From Arenicellales bacterium (GTDB taxonomy: Bacteria; Pseudomonadota; Gammaproteobacteria; Arenicellales; JAJDZL01): a stretch of 64,000 bases of DNA. Position 1 is the first letter of the stretch, and the number at the start of each line of letters is the position of its first letter. The translations under genes and the position numbers were made by a program. Shown here piece by piece: positions 55,303 to 63,709 of the stretch. The notes beneath the pieces are model-generated. The model was not told the DNA's origin and did no database searches. It saw nothing but the letters and a program-made list of their open reading frames with translations. The stretch covers positions 2,369,613 to 2,433,612 of the forward strand of contig OZ246969.1 in NCBI GenBank assembly GCA_965232345.1, written 5' to 3'.

Positions 55303-55427
55303 CGTTCCAGAATGAAAATGAAATTGGAACGAAAGTTAACTGATTCTGCAGTGAGTTCAAACAAAAAACATGGAATTCAACCTGACAGGTTTTTTCGCGC
55401 GGCATTTGATCAGCGACATTGCGTCGG

Positions 55428-56774
55428 CTAATTTTGCTTCGAGTCGTCTGCCGCGGATGCGTCGGAGTCGGACCCCGAATCCAAAGCTTGTTCCAGAATG
55501 CGCTGGCGGTATCGTCGCTCAGTTTCGCTGAAATTCTTTTGAGTGTCATTTGCCGCCGCACGCTGCTCGAAAATTCTCTCGGCGTTTTCAATCTGAAACT
55601 GGCCGTCCTCCCTGAGACCGATTCCATGCTGTGTGAGCCGCTTGCAGTAGGTGGACATCAGTGAGACTGGATTCCAGACCGGCGCGCATCGGTTCGCCAA
55701 TCCCGCCTTGATCCGGCCATCCAATTCATCGAGCAGAAGCTGATGCCATGAGTCCCATGGTTTCGGAGGTTCTGGCAGACTCGCGGGCAGCCGTTTCAGG
55801 TTAAGAACGATCAGATGTTTCTGATTGTCGCTCACGGACTCTGGGAACACCAGGTTCGGCTCAAGTTCCAGCAGTTCTTTTTCAGTTGCATCGTTGTAGT
55901 AATTGCTTTTTTTCACTTCCTTACTACCAGTAGGTACTACAGAGTCTGATCGAACTGATGATTTGGACTGGTCTTTTGCTAAGTTGCTGATATCACCGTA
56001 GTTCATCTCGTGAACTGCGGTGATATTCTTGTCGTTGTGATGAGCGCGATGGACTGAGTCGCCGGTTTGATCTCCGATGTCCTCCAATTCGGGGTAAGTG
56101 CCGAAGTAGCTGATTTCAGCATCGCCTTCCAGAGCCATCCAGGCATCTGCCCGCCGTTCGAAGGGGTGTTTGTATTCCATCACATTCCGCCCCGAGCCGA
56201 TCTCATGCCGCAGTGAACTCAGGATCAGCTCAGCAATCTTGCGAACATCGGAATTTCGATGCTTCCTGCTGTCGTTCACAAATCCCATGTAATTGGAATC
56301 AAGTTCGAACGTATCGGTCAATGCCAAGGGTTCACCGTGAACCATGTAAATATTGCCATCTCTTGTGAACTGACCCGACTCATTGCGTTCCTGATCCCGG
56401 CAGAGCAGGGTGATCCAGCGGGTCAGGCGCAGTTTTGCTATGGAGCTTGAAACGGTGCCGCGCGAGATGTTGAGCATGGATTGAATCTCGTCGTAGCTGG
56501 GAAATGAGGCGAGCGACATGTCGGGTGTGCATCGAGACCGGATTGCAAGCCAAACCAGCTTGTCGTACGGATTGAGCACCGGGTCGAAGATCAGCAGCCG
56601 GGGATGTGAGTCGTACCAGTTGTCCGTGAAAATCATTCCGTGCGAGACGCTCTCGCCTCTTCGGAAATTCTTTGCCGCAGACAGGATTCTCGACAGGTTT
56701 CGCTTTATGGATTTGGGTTCAGAATAATCAGCCATGAATCTCGCACCGGGTGAATGGAAATTGGCAGCTCTCAC
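55428..56774 (-). CDS. STY4528-family-like pathogenicity-island protein with wHTH
   Basis: 448 aa. HGMIFTDNWYDSHPRLLIFDPVLNPYDKLVWLAIR...SFPSYDEIQSMLNISRGTVSSSIAKLRLTRWITLL resembles the SPI-7/PAPI-1 STY4528 family N-terminus (from memory). Confidence 0.58.
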   Translation of the reverse strand: MRAANFHSPGARFMADYSEPKSIKRNLSRILSAAKNFRRGESVSHGMIFTDNWYDSHPRLLIFDPVLNPYDKLVWLAIRSRCTPDMSLASFPSYDEIQSMLNISRGTVSSSIAKLRLTRWITLLCRDQERNESGQFTRDGNIYMVHGEPLALTDTFELDSNYMGFVNDSRKHRNSDVRKIAELILSSLRHEIGSGRNVMEYKHPFERRADAWMALEGDAEISYFGTYPELEDIGDQTGDSVHRAHHNDKNITAVHEMNYGDISNLAKDQSKSSVRSDSVVPTGSKEVKKSNYYNDATEKELLELEPNLVFPESVSDNQKHLIVLNLKRLPASLPEPPKPWDSWHQLLLDELDGRIKAGLANRCAPVWNPVSLMSTYCKRLTQHGIGLREDGQFQIENAERIFEQRAAANDTQKNFSETERRYRQRILEQALDSGSDSDASAADDSKQN

Positions 56775-56838
56775 CTCTTACCGCCGCTGGAACTGCGTTG
56801 CAGCCACCGGCGGTGCGAGATTCATTCGACTCCGCGTT

Positions 56839-57420
56839 CTATGCGCTTCGCAGCTGTTTGAGCGAGCCGTCATTCTCCCACTCCTGAATCAGACTCCAGA
56901 TGACCCGGAGCGACACCTCCCGCTTCAGTGACTTGAAGATATCCAAAAACTCTCCAGGCCCGAAGCTGGTGGACTCCTTCAGCGACTTCTCCACCGCTTT
57001 CCAAACCGACTTCTCAACTTCCATTGACGGCTGTATCGGCCGTCCCGGGGCCAGCTCCGACAATCCGAACTGACATCTTCTGAGCTTGAATTGAGTCCGG
57101 GTCATGCCGGTGAGCGAGCGCATCAGCTGCGGCGGAGCGTCGCAGCAGATGAGTTCGTTGATCATGCTCTCCCTGGTGTTCTCCCGAATGACATAATCAA
57201 TCATTCGCCAGAAGATCTTTCGATTCAGATTGATCGACAGAAAATGCGATTTTGTCGATGCCAGGCGCAGTGCATCCGTAGTTGACAGCGTGCTGAGCGC
57301 CCGCACTTCGCTGGGCCCGAACCCCATTTCATACAGAGCGTTGTAGTCACCCTCTTCCTCGCAGCGGTGAAAGAAAAGCACGATTGATCTGATTAGTTCA
57401 GTTTCTTTGCTGATAGACAT
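56839..57420 (-). CDS. DUF2857-like ICE protein
   Basis: 193 aa. Sits directly downstream of the ParB-like gene, as in SPI-7/PAPI-1-type islands. Call made by position and size only. Confidence 0.42.
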   Translation of the reverse strand: MSISKETELIRSIVLFFHRCEEEGDYNALYEMGFGPSEVRALSTLSTTDALRLASTKSHFLSINLNRKIFWRMIDYVIRENTRESMINELICCDAPPQLMRSLTGMTRTQFKLRRCQFGLSELAPGRPIQPSMEVEKSVWKAVEKSLKESTSFGPGEFLDIFKSLKREVSLRVIWSLIQEWENDGSLKQLRSA

Positions 57421-59112
57421 TTATTTACCTCCAGTGTCAGACAAACGAAACAAATGCAGATTGTGCTCGTTTGCCAAATGATGCAGATTTCGATAGGACT
57501 CTGTCAGAGTTTGAATACTGGCCCAGCTCTCGTCATCCAGTTGGCGCAGACAGAAGCCAATCAGGCCGATATGGGGAAATGTACACTTCATTTTTCCCTT
57601 TGCGTGAGAAATTAGTGATTTCGGATCGCCCGATTTAATGAAGTGAAGCAGATCCGTCTTTCCGATCAGTTTTGCGGTGGCGGGACGGGCGCATTCAGTC
57701 GCCCATTGCAGATCGCAGAACTCCACCAGCAGCCACCACAGCGCTTCTCGAGTTGCCGCGGCAGTCGGATTGAGCAGCTCGACCGGGGGCGGGTAGTCAC
57801 AAACGATATAGCCAATCCCCCAATCCCCTGTATTCACAATGATGCGTTTCTTGTTTGACGGATTGACCAGAAAGCTGTGCTGCTTTCCGATTTGTGAGGC
57901 CGCGGCATACGCGTTGCCCCTGAGCGTCGACAGCTTCAGTTCAAGTTCCGAGCGCTGCGGCGGCTTGGCAGATCTGCGCGGTTTCTGGCTTTGAGAATCG
58001 GAATTTTCTGAGTCGCTCTGTTTGGGCGGGTTGACGCCCAGAGTGATGGATTTGAACTCAGGCAGTTTGCCGTAGGGACGCTTCAGCTTGCCTTCAGCTT
58101 TTGCGCTTTTCAGCAGATCACTGGAGTTGATCGGCAGTTTGGGGTGGGCAGCTTCGTGTTTTTGAGCTTGCTCAAACTGTTCCAGTTCCGGGAGAATCTG
58201 TTCGAATGACTCGTGAAGCGGTGTCGATGAGAAACTCAGGTATCCATCAATGCGCAATGAGACATCCTGTATGGAGGTTGACACTTCCTTTGCCAGATTG
58301 GCTTCCAGTGAACGGCGAAAAAACTCCTTGTCCCATTCCGCCTCCGGGTAGCCAATCAGCGCCTGTTGAAATAATTTTCTTGACTGTGCGGCTGTCTTGT
58401 CAAACTCTTTGCAGACATCGCGGAAGGCATTCTGCAGTTTTCGCACACTTAGAATTGACCTGCGTCCCATTGATTCACAAGTGGTCGACGATAAGTTGGG
58501 CTCAATCATCTCAACCGCGTAGAGCATGATCGAAAGAGAGCTCAACGTAACGCTGTATCCTCTTTCGATAAGCTTCTGATGAGAGTGGCGAACTGACGAT
58601 GTCTCTTCATCTTCAGATTCGGTCTGCAGATGATCGATGGCGGCCTTGATGCCGACTGCCTTGTCAATGAAGCACAACGATTTCCGCAGCTCGTTTTCCT
58701 GCAGATGACCAATAATGGCATCAGATTCATAGCCGGACCAGGGCATGAAGGAGCACTCGACAAAACGGAACTTGTAGTCACCTGTTTCCTCAAACAGTTC
58801 TTTGATCGCTTGCAGTCTGGTGTTGCCGCCTTTGTACACAATGAAATTCTGATGGCCCGGACGACGGGTGATGACGATCGGTTGGATCAGTCCGTTCCGG
58901 GCGATGGATTGCTTGATCTTCTGGTAGTTGGGATTCGCGCGTCGCCGCGGGTTGTTCTCATAGGGTTGGATGCTTGAGATTGGCAGGGTGATCAGCGCTC
59001 GATCAGTCAGTGATTCAAAAATGTCCACATCACTTGTTTGACCAGATTTTTCATTGGTAGACTGTGCATTTTCGCCGTGTTCGGGCAATGGGCGTTTCTT
59101 CATGGTTGGCAC
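57421..59112 (-). CDS. ParB-like nuclease-domain protein (ICE PFGI-1-class ParB-like)
   Basis: 563 aa. N-terminal ParB/Srx box: PISSIQPYENNPRRRANPNYQKIKQSIARNGLIQPIVITRRPG...YKGGNTRLQA. Confidence 0.8.
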   Translation of the reverse strand: MPTMKKRPLPEHGENAQSTNEKSGQTSDVDIFESLTDRALITLPISSIQPYENNPRRRANPNYQKIKQSIARNGLIQPIVITRRPGHQNFIVYKGGNTRLQAIKELFEETGDYKFRFVECSFMPWSGYESDAIIGHLQENELRKSLCFIDKAVGIKAAIDHLQTESEDEETSSVRHSHQKLIERGYSVTLSSLSIMLYAVEMIEPNLSSTTCESMGRRSILSVRKLQNAFRDVCKEFDKTAAQSRKLFQQALIGYPEAEWDKEFFRRSLEANLAKEVSTSIQDVSLRIDGYLSFSSTPLHESFEQILPELEQFEQAQKHEAAHPKLPINSSDLLKSAKAEGKLKRPYGKLPEFKSITLGVNPPKQSDSENSDSQSQKPRRSAKPPQRSELELKLSTLRGNAYAAASQIGKQHSFLVNPSNKKRIIVNTGDWGIGYIVCDYPPPVELLNPTAAATREALWWLLVEFCDLQWATECARPATAKLIGKTDLLHFIKSGDPKSLISHAKGKMKCTFPHIGLIGFCLRQLDDESWASIQTLTESYRNLHHLANEHNLHLFRLSDTGGK

Positions 59113-59308
59113 CTCTCAGTTGAACAAAAAGACAAGCGACGAAACAAGAATCGACTCTTGCTTGCCGACTGCTGGTGAAAAATTCGACTCGCGGTTCGAT
59201 TTCGGCCCCTGACGCCCAAAATTGATGGGCCGCGAGTGGATATGACGCGCCTTGAGCAACGCATTCTCGGAGGAGACAAGGGCGCGAGGTCGCAGAAGGA
59301 CCGAATTT

Positions 59309-59397
59309 CGCGTGCACCAGTCCGGTAGACTAAATTAGTCTTTTTTGGAGTGTTTACCGGGTAAACACTCCAAAAATGGACAAATTTGGTGCACGCG
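59309..59397. repeat. nested inverted repeats in the non-coding right arm of the element
   Basis: Read directly. Outer arms: CGCGTGCACCA (59309-59319) / TGGTGCACGCG (59387-59397). Inner palindrome: TTTTTGGAGTGTTTACC-G-GGTAAACACTCCAAAAA (59342-59376, 17-bp arms). A further GACTAA-A-TTAGTC lies at 59328-59340. Confidence 0.7.
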
Positions 59398-59709
59398 AGC
59401 CCTCCATTTCGTCGATTCGGTACATTTTTGCTGAAAAAGTGGTCTACTTTGATCATGGGAGGTGTCGTCGTTGTCAAGCCGGGTGAGAGTTGCATTGTGT
59501 CAGAGTGGCGCTGCTGCTCAACTTATGGGATCAAACAATTTGAATGGGGAAGATCGCGCGCTGTTCCCCGCAACGAAGCCGAATGAATTCGCGTATAATC
59601 TGGATATCCCAAGTGTGCTTCTTGGCGCGCGGACCGCAGTTGCGGGTACGGCCATCTTCGTGATTTCAGCCTTGTTTCCATCCATATTCAATGAGGGTCT
59701 GTGATCACT

Positions 59710-59731
59710 AAAAAAATCTGAGTCCTAATCA
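59710..59731. repeat. right copy of the 22-bp direct repeat (putative attR core)
   Basis: Exact copy of 24409-24430. Here it forms A7-TCTGA / GTCCTAA / TCAG-T7 with the adjoining host-side sequence. Confidence 0.85.
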
Positions 59732-60011
59732 GTTTTTTTGGAAGTGCCCCCTGTTTTTTCGGCGCTGTGCCGTCCAATAAAATCCCTTTTTTTCGCATCA
59801 CTGCAACTAAAATGTAGTGAGCCGATCTCCTCACTGCGTCACTCTTGACTGAATCGCTTCGCAACCGGTTCGAAGCAGGTGGAGATGGGATCAGAACAGG
59901 CGAGAAGCCTGAAAGAGCGTGAATTTGATTTTCAGCTTGCCGGCGCGCAGACAAACTCGGCTAAAGCGAATACTCGGTTTGCTTGTTGCGGCGCACGGCT
60001 AGATATTCGGC

Positions 60012-61178
60012 ATGAGAGATATCCGGCAAAAGACCAAGGCAGTCCGAGCAGGGCAGGTCCGAACCCCAGAACGGGAGCACAGCGATCCGATATTCGCGAC
60101 TTCCAGCTTTGTGTTCGGCAGCGCGGAGCACGCGGCCCGGATGTTTGCCGAGACCGAAATCGGCAATGTCTATTCCAGGTTCACCAACCCCACAACACGG
60201 GCCTTCGAAGAGCGGCTTGCCAGTTTGGAAAACGCCCGCTTCTGCAGCGGCACCGCATCTGGAATGTCAGCGATTCTGGCGCTCTGCATGACCGTTCTTC
60301 GCTCTGGCGACAAGATTGCCGCGACCAGGGGCTTGTTCGGCTCCACGGTCAATCTTTTCGGCAATATTCTGACGCGGTTCGGCATTCAGCCAAGTTTTTA
60401 CTCTCCGAGTGAGATCTGCTCCATGCCGCTGGATCCTGAAACCCGGATGATCTTTATCGAAAGTCCATCGAATCCGCTCTGCGAGATCGTGGACATCGCT
60501 CGACTGGCGCAGGTCAGCAAATCGCTTTCGGACTGCATTCTGGTCGTGGACAACTGTGCTTGCACACCTTTCCTGCAGCAGCCGCTTGAGCTCGGCGCAG
60601 ATGTGGTCATTCACTCCGCCACAAAATTTCTGGACGGGCAGGGTCGGGCGGTTGGCGGCGCTGTCGCCACCAATGATGAGGATTTGGCCAAAGGCATCGT
60701 AGGATTCCTGCGAACTGCCGGTCCTTCGATGAGTCCGTTCAACGCCTGGATTTTTCATAAAGGTCTTGAGACCCTTTCGGTTCGAATGAAGGAATCATGC
60801 GCAAACGCGGCGCAGATTGCGAGCTGGCTGCAGGAACATCCGAAAGTTGCCAGAGTGCATTACCCGGGACTGACAGACCATCCGGGGCATGAGCTTGCCG
60901 CTCGCCAACAGAGTGATTTCGGCGCGTTGCTATCGTTTGAGGTGAAAGGCGGGAAGGCGGCCGCTTGGAATTTGATCGATCATGTGGAGATATTTTCTGT
61001 GACCGCGAATTTGGGAGATGTGAAGAGCACGATCACCCACCCTGCGTCGACCACTCATTCGAGAGTGCAGGCATCTGATCGAAGGCGGATGAGAATCAGT
61101 GATGGACTGATTCGGCTTTCAATCGGCTTGGAAGATGTTCGGGATCTGATCGAAGACCTGCAGTTCGCCATGGATTAA
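60012..61178 (+). CDS. metZ: O-succinylhomoserine sulfhydrylase
   Basis: 388 aa. AVRAGQVRTPEREHSDPIFATSSFVF, GNVYSRFTNPTTRAFEERLA, and the PLP-Lys motif HSATKFLDGQGR. Reads as MetZ rather than MetB/MetC. Confidence 0.86.
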   Translation: MRDIRQKTKAVRAGQVRTPEREHSDPIFATSSFVFGSAEHAARMFAETEIGNVYSRFTNPTTRAFEERLASLENARFCSGTASGMSAILALCMTVLRSGDKIAATRGLFGSTVNLFGNILTRFGIQPSFYSPSEICSMPLDPETRMIFIESPSNPLCEIVDIARLAQVSKSLSDCILVVDNCACTPFLQQPLELGADVVIHSATKFLDGQGRAVGGAVATNDEDLAKGIVGFLRTAGPSMSPFNAWIFHKGLETLSVRMKESCANAAQIASWLQEHPKVARVHYPGLTDHPGHELAARQQSDFGALLSFEVKGGKAAAWNLIDHVEIFSVTANLGDVKSTITHPASTTHSRVQASDRRRMRISDGLIRLSIGLEDVRDLIEDLQFAMD

Positions 61179-61203
61179 TCGTGATGATATTGAGATTCTA
61201 ATT

Positions 61204-61228
61204 CCGCAGTTCATTGGACGAACTGCGG
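61204..61228 (+). terminator. candidate metZ terminator hairpin
   Basis: CCGCAGTTC-ATTGGAC-GAACTGCGG: perfect 9-bp stem with a 7-nt loop, 26 nt after the stop. The T-run (CGTTTTT) is about 20 nt further downstream, so this is not a textbook intrinsic terminator. Confidence 0.4.
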
Positions 61229-61481
61229 TGTGGAACTTGCTTCGTTTTTGCCAACTCTGATTGAGTATGCATGTAATCTCTGGATTGGGAATGTTGGAAC
61301 GATTCACTTTCTTCAGAGAAACTGAATTTGCAAGTCATCGATATTGAGTAGAAAGGAAATTTGTTTCTTCAATGAGAGTTGCTCCGTCAGTCGGAGTTGA
61401 GGGAATTCAAGATCCATTTTGCAATTCCTCAATCTGTTCCTATAGCGAAAGCCGCTCCGTTAACCGAAAGGGCTAGAATCT

Positions 61482-62084
61482 TTACCATCCACAATAGCCG
61501 TTGATGAATTCATTAAATAATCTGCGGTCGTCCGCCTCCAAACCAAATTCGATAAAACCTTCAATACCGTAGTTCGGAAATAAATAATTGAAATGAAAGG
61601 GCTCAGATATAGATGATCTAGAACGAATAAATTCATGGATGAAACTGCCCATATCACTCCTCCATCCGCTAGCTGATATTCCGCTTTGAGTATCTGATAT
61701 TGGGATGGCTGACCAGTTGCTTACGTGCGCGCCTCCTCCGGCGGTCAGTTGAACATGCCGCACTCCTGTTTTTGCTGGCAAACGGGGGTGAGGAAACTGC
61801 AAATAAAACTGCACATTTATCTCCGAAATATGACAACCGAACGTTACTTCCGGCCGTATGTCCCACCGCGTATTCGGATCAGCTGACCACCCACGACCAG
61901 TACAAGTCAACGATCTTGTCGGTGCTATCAGAATACAGTTGACCGACGACTCAAACGCGGCGGCATTGACTGGCTGGCTAGCATTCGCTGACAGCGAAGA
62001 GTTCCACATCAGTAGAATCAACATAACTCCAGCGAAGTGACAGATTTTGCATCCAAATGGAGATTTCATCTCACCTTTCGACAT
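61482..62084 (-). CDS. hypothetical secreted or membrane-anchored protein
   Basis: ORF with a signal-like FAGVMLILLMWNSSLSANA. No family recognised. The track ORF extends with a GTG start to 62135, which is inside the IS inverted repeat, so the start is uncertain. Confidence 0.35.
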   Translation of the reverse strand: MSKGEMKSPFGCKICHFAGVMLILLMWNSSLSANASQPVNAAAFESSVNCILIAPTRSLTCTGRGWSADPNTRWDIRPEVTFGCHISEINVQFYLQFPHPRLPAKTGVRHVQLTAGGGAHVSNWSAIPISDTQSGISASGWRSDMGSFIHEFIRSRSSISEPFHFNYLFPNYGIEGFIEFGLEADDRRLFNEFINGYCGW

Positions 62085-62128
62085 AAACTGAGCGACAGAG
62101 TGAACTGCCTTGGTAGAAAACTGTATAA

Positions 62129-63515
62129 AGGGCACCTCTATTTACCCCTGATTTCGAGCCAATTTAGAGGCACGCGAACTGAAATTTGAATTTTTTTCTG
62201 ATTCCGACTCATTTTTTCGAATTTTCCGAGAAATCCAACAAAAATCCGGCGAAAACCGGCTGAATTCGCCATATTCCGGGCCTTCAACCCCCTCATTCCG
62301 CCCATTCGGGCGCAACTTCCCCTACGCCGCCGCCGCCGACGGCTGCAAGGACTTCATCCGCCGGATGTTGTAGCAAAGATTGCGCAGCCCAATCCAGCAC
62401 TCCGCCCGCTTGATGCCGATGCACCGCATCGTATGCTCCGGCATCTCCATGTGCATGGCGCCGAACACATGCTCCACCCGCGCCCGCACGCTCGAATAAG
62501 ACCGGTTCAACTCCTTCTGCCGCCGCGTCAGCTTCGCCGCCCGCGTCCCCTTGAAATTGATGCGCGGCTTGTAGCCGCGCGCCCTCAGATCCTTCACCCG
62601 ATCCTCCGACCGGTAGGCGCTGTCCGCCCACACCTGCACCTCGCCCTCCGGATGCTCCGGCAGAAACTCATCGAACACCTTGTGATCGTTGCGGCTCGCC
62701 TCGGTCACCCCGTAGTCCGCAATGAACTTGGTGTCCCGGTCCACCGCCACATGATTCTTGTAGCCGTAATACGTCTCATTGTTCTTCTTGGTCCAGCGCG
62801 CATCCACGTCCTTCTGCCTGAGTTTATTGGGCTTTTCCTGCCAGTCCTCCGGCACCTCGCCGGACTTCACCGTCTCATTGTCCGCGCGGCTGTTGCGCTG
62901 GCGCGGCACCTCGACCATCGTCGAGTCCACGATCCGGCCGCTGGTCAGCTCGTAGCCGCGCGCCTCGATCTGCTCGCGGAACAGCTTGAACAGCTCCTCC
63001 ATCCGGCCGCTCTCGCTCAGCTGGTTGCGGTACTTCCACAAAGTCTTCTCATCCGGCACCCGGTCGTCGCTCTCCAGCCCGACAAAGCGGTTGAAGCTGC
63101 GCCGGTCCAGCAGCAGGTGCTGCAGCTTGCGGTCGCTCAGCGAGTACATCACCCCCAGCAGCAGCGCGCGGAACATCACCAGCTCGTCCCAGGGCGGCCT
63201 TCCAGGGCCCTGCCGGGCGGAGTCGGTGCCGAAAATCTCCTGGAGCGGCTCGCGGAACCCCTCCCAGTCGACCAGTTTTTTGAGCGGCTTCAGGTCGTCG
63301 AACTCATCCAGCGCCCGATCCTGCATCTCGCGTTCGAAAAGATGTCCTCCTCGCATGGTAAAATAAACCTCGGTAACTCAATCAAATGAAACACTTATCA
63401 ATGGTTCAATGATATCACACCACAATCGGGAATGTGCGTTTAATCGGTTTTTTTTCAAATATTTTTGCTGATACGGTCACGAATAATCGCGGATACTAAT
63501 AAATAGAGGTGCCCT
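62129..63515 (-). mobile_element. IS5-family insertion sequence (about 1.39 kb)
   Basis: 16-bp terminal inverted repeats AGGGCACCTCTATTTA (62129-62144) / TAAATAGAGGTGCCCT (63500-63515), read directly. They enclose a single DDE transposase ORF. TAA occurs on both sides (62126-62128; 63515-63517), so a 3-bp target duplication is possible, depending on the exact end assignment. Confidence 0.8.
62322..63356 (-). CDS. IS5-family DDE transposase
   Basis: 344 aa. ...DSTMVEVPRQRNS..., YGYKNHVAVD, WADSAYRS, and a C-terminal ...RARVEHVFGAMH... typical of IS5-group transposases. Confidence 0.85.
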   Translation of the reverse strand: MRGGHLFEREMQDRALDEFDDLKPLKKLVDWEGFREPLQEIFGTDSARQGPGRPPWDELVMFRALLLGVMYSLSDRKLQHLLLDRRSFNRFVGLESDDRVPDEKTLWKYRNQLSESGRMEELFKLFREQIEARGYELTSGRIVDSTMVEVPRQRNSRADNETVKSGEVPEDWQEKPNKLRQKDVDARWTKKNNETYYGYKNHVAVDRDTKFIADYGVTEASRNDHKVFDEFLPEHPEGEVQVWADSAYRSEDRVKDLRARGYKPRINFKGTRAAKLTRRQKELNRSYSSVRARVEHVFGAMHMEMPEHTMRCIGIKRAECWIGLRNLCYNIRRMKSLQPSAAAA

Positions 63516-63709
63516 AACCCAAGTTTAACATTTCCGCAGCGGCCCGAACCTTGAAAACCGTGATTCCGGCCTGATCGGAGCCGGAATTCCCGATTTTCCA
63601 TCCATTTCCGACCCTTTTTCCGCCTGTTTGGGGGTCAATCTGCAGTTCTCCAGAAAGTAGTGCCAACATTTGCATCATTGGCCCTGATTCCCCCTCCCGG
63701 TCCTGTAAA

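Larger units (their letters stand above)
24409..59731. mobile_element. integrated conjugative-element-like island of about 35.3 kb (GI-type T4SS plus type IVb pilus), apparently lacking relaxase and coupling protein
   Basis: Bounded by perfect 22-bp direct repeats. Tyrosine recombinases sit at the left end and a ParB-like gene at the right end. About 15 consecutive minus-strand genes read as TIGR0374x-0375x ICE families, plus a pil cluster. The flanks are housekeeping genes (sixA, metZ). Confidence 0.8.

Noticed and set aside
59732-60011. SAM-responsive riboswitch (e.g. SAM-II-like) in the 280-nt metZ leader
   Set aside because: TTTGCTTG and GGCTAGA loosely recall the SAM-II GGCUU / AAAGCU elements. 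I could not build the required P1 helix or pseudoknot by eye. This needs an Rfam cmscan and is not reported as a feature.
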